Virus record (IMG/VR): IMGVR_UViG_3300020403_000077
Coordinates: 1 to 26,093 of that record
DNA from: a virus
Taxonomy: Duplodnaviria; Caudoviricetes
Reading direction: 5' to 3' (one strand)
Length of the DNA: 26,093 nt
Below, one piece after another: positions 25,352 through 26,093 of the stretch. The stretch's first letter is position 1. Every line of letters starts with the position of its first letter. The translations under genes were made by a program, and so were the position numbers. Below the pieces are notes generated by a model that saw nothing but the letters and a program-made list of their open reading frames with translations, ran no database searches and had not been told where the DNA came from.

Positions 25352-26093
25352 TTTGAGTATCTCGGGTTTTTATATATTTTTATACCTTCTCTTACCTGTG
25401 TTCTAACTGCAGGATCTGTTATACTATTTAAGTATTCTTTTGTAACTACGTCTCTTTCTGCATATAGATCTTCTTTAGGAGGAGTTGCTAAAATTTCTTC
25501 ATTCTTTTTTATCATCTCTTCTTGGTCTAATTCATTTTGTTTTTCTAGCATTTCCTCTATTCCTTCATTAGGGTCATACTCTTCATCTTTAGGGTCAAGC
25601 CAAGATTTTGGCATTGGATATTGTTTATTAAACTCCATTCCATCTGGTACTGACATTTCTACTTCAAACTTAGGCTTTAGTTGTGCAAATGCAAAATTAG
25701 CGGCTACAACTAGAGCTATTGCGAGTGGGTCAAATACAAATATAATAAGTAATAAGAACCAATTTACAACCTTATTCATCGGATAACCTGTAGTCTCTGC
25801 TAGATATTTAAGAGGTCCAAGTTCTCTTTCTGCTTCATTTCCTATTTCTTTATCTAATAATGCCATATCAGTCTGTGTTATTGAATCTGTTATGGCTTCT
25901 AATTTTAAGTTTATTTCATTTCTATCATTTAGAGTTCTAGCTAATTCGTCTTGTAAAGCTCTTCTTGCAGAACTTGAAGTAGTAGTAATAAGTTGTCCTG
26001 ATTCTTTGTCAATATATTGTACTTGAGCAGGATTAGAAAGAGATATTCTTAAATCAGAAATAGACTTAGTTAAACCAGCCTTTTCTATTTTAA
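25333..26093 (-). CDS. Membrane-anchored coiled-coil protein, 5' end outside the window
   Basis: Frame is open from the right edge (KIEKAGLTKSISDLR...ALQDELARTLNDRNEINLKLEAITDSI) into the ORF-track sequence; GPLKYLA and NWFLLLIIFVFDPLAIALVVAANF transmembrane segment; acidic C-terminal tail. Confidence 0.75.
   Translation of the reverse strand, partial: KIEKAGLTKSISDLRISLSNPAQVQYIDKESGQLITTTSSSARRALQDELARTLNDRNEINLKLEAITDSITQTDMALLDKEIGNEAERELGPLKYLAETTGYPMNKVVNWFLLLIIFVFDPLAIALVVAANFAFAQLKPKFEVEMSVPDGMEFNKQYPMPKSWLDPKDEEYDPNEGIEEMLEKQNELDQEEMIKKNEEILATPPKEDLYAERDVVTKEYLNSITDPAVRTQVREGIKIYKNPRYSKWKKNI

Noticed and set aside
451-25406. All plus-strand ORFs in the track, and the short minus ORF 3177..3368
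   Set aside because: They are antisense or out-of-frame shadows of well-supported minus-strand genes and show no recognisable motifs.
1-26093. Stop-codon reassignment as in some large phages
   Set aside because: Genes are full length in the standard code; TAG (e.g. 7656, 19165, 20831, 22078, 24815) and TGA (23129) end genes right where the next gene or an intergenic signal begins.
1-26093. tRNA, rRNA, CRISPR array, IS element or integrase
   Set aside because: Intergenic gaps are all under about 120 bp, with no cloverleaf, repeat-spacer periodicity or transposase/recombinase motif visible.

Overview
AT-rich segment of a large, contractile-tailed (T4-superfamily-like baseplate) bacteriophage genome; every credible gene is on the minus strand. 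In transcription order (right to left): a partial membrane/coiled-coil protein and a Zn-finger protein; an operon behind a sigma70-like promoter (small ORF, ClpP protease, YhaM-like HD hydrolase, small membrane-anchored protein, gp55-like late sigma factor with an N-terminal AT-hook); a two-gene envelope cassette (outer-membrane beta-barrel plus small inner-membrane protein) closed by an intrinsic terminator; a ~20 kb baseplate/fibre cluster (gpV/gp5-like spike, gp25-like and gp6-like wedge proteins, a 1802-aa gp7/gpI-like protein, LamG-, Ig- and DNRLRE-like proteins, two fibre proteins) whose intergenic gaps carry an ATATTTATAT motif; then a T7 endonuclease I-like resolvase and a DNA primase that runs off the left edge and is missing from the ORF track. 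Most notable: a candidate late-transcription circuit (AT-hook sigma, inverted T4-late-like promoter, ClpP and a coupled membrane protein), a pervasive [ST]-[GAS]-S tripeptide in outer virion proteins, an apparently split tail-collar (DUF3751-like) fold, and the OMP cassette. All family calls come from motif recognition by eye; no database search was run.
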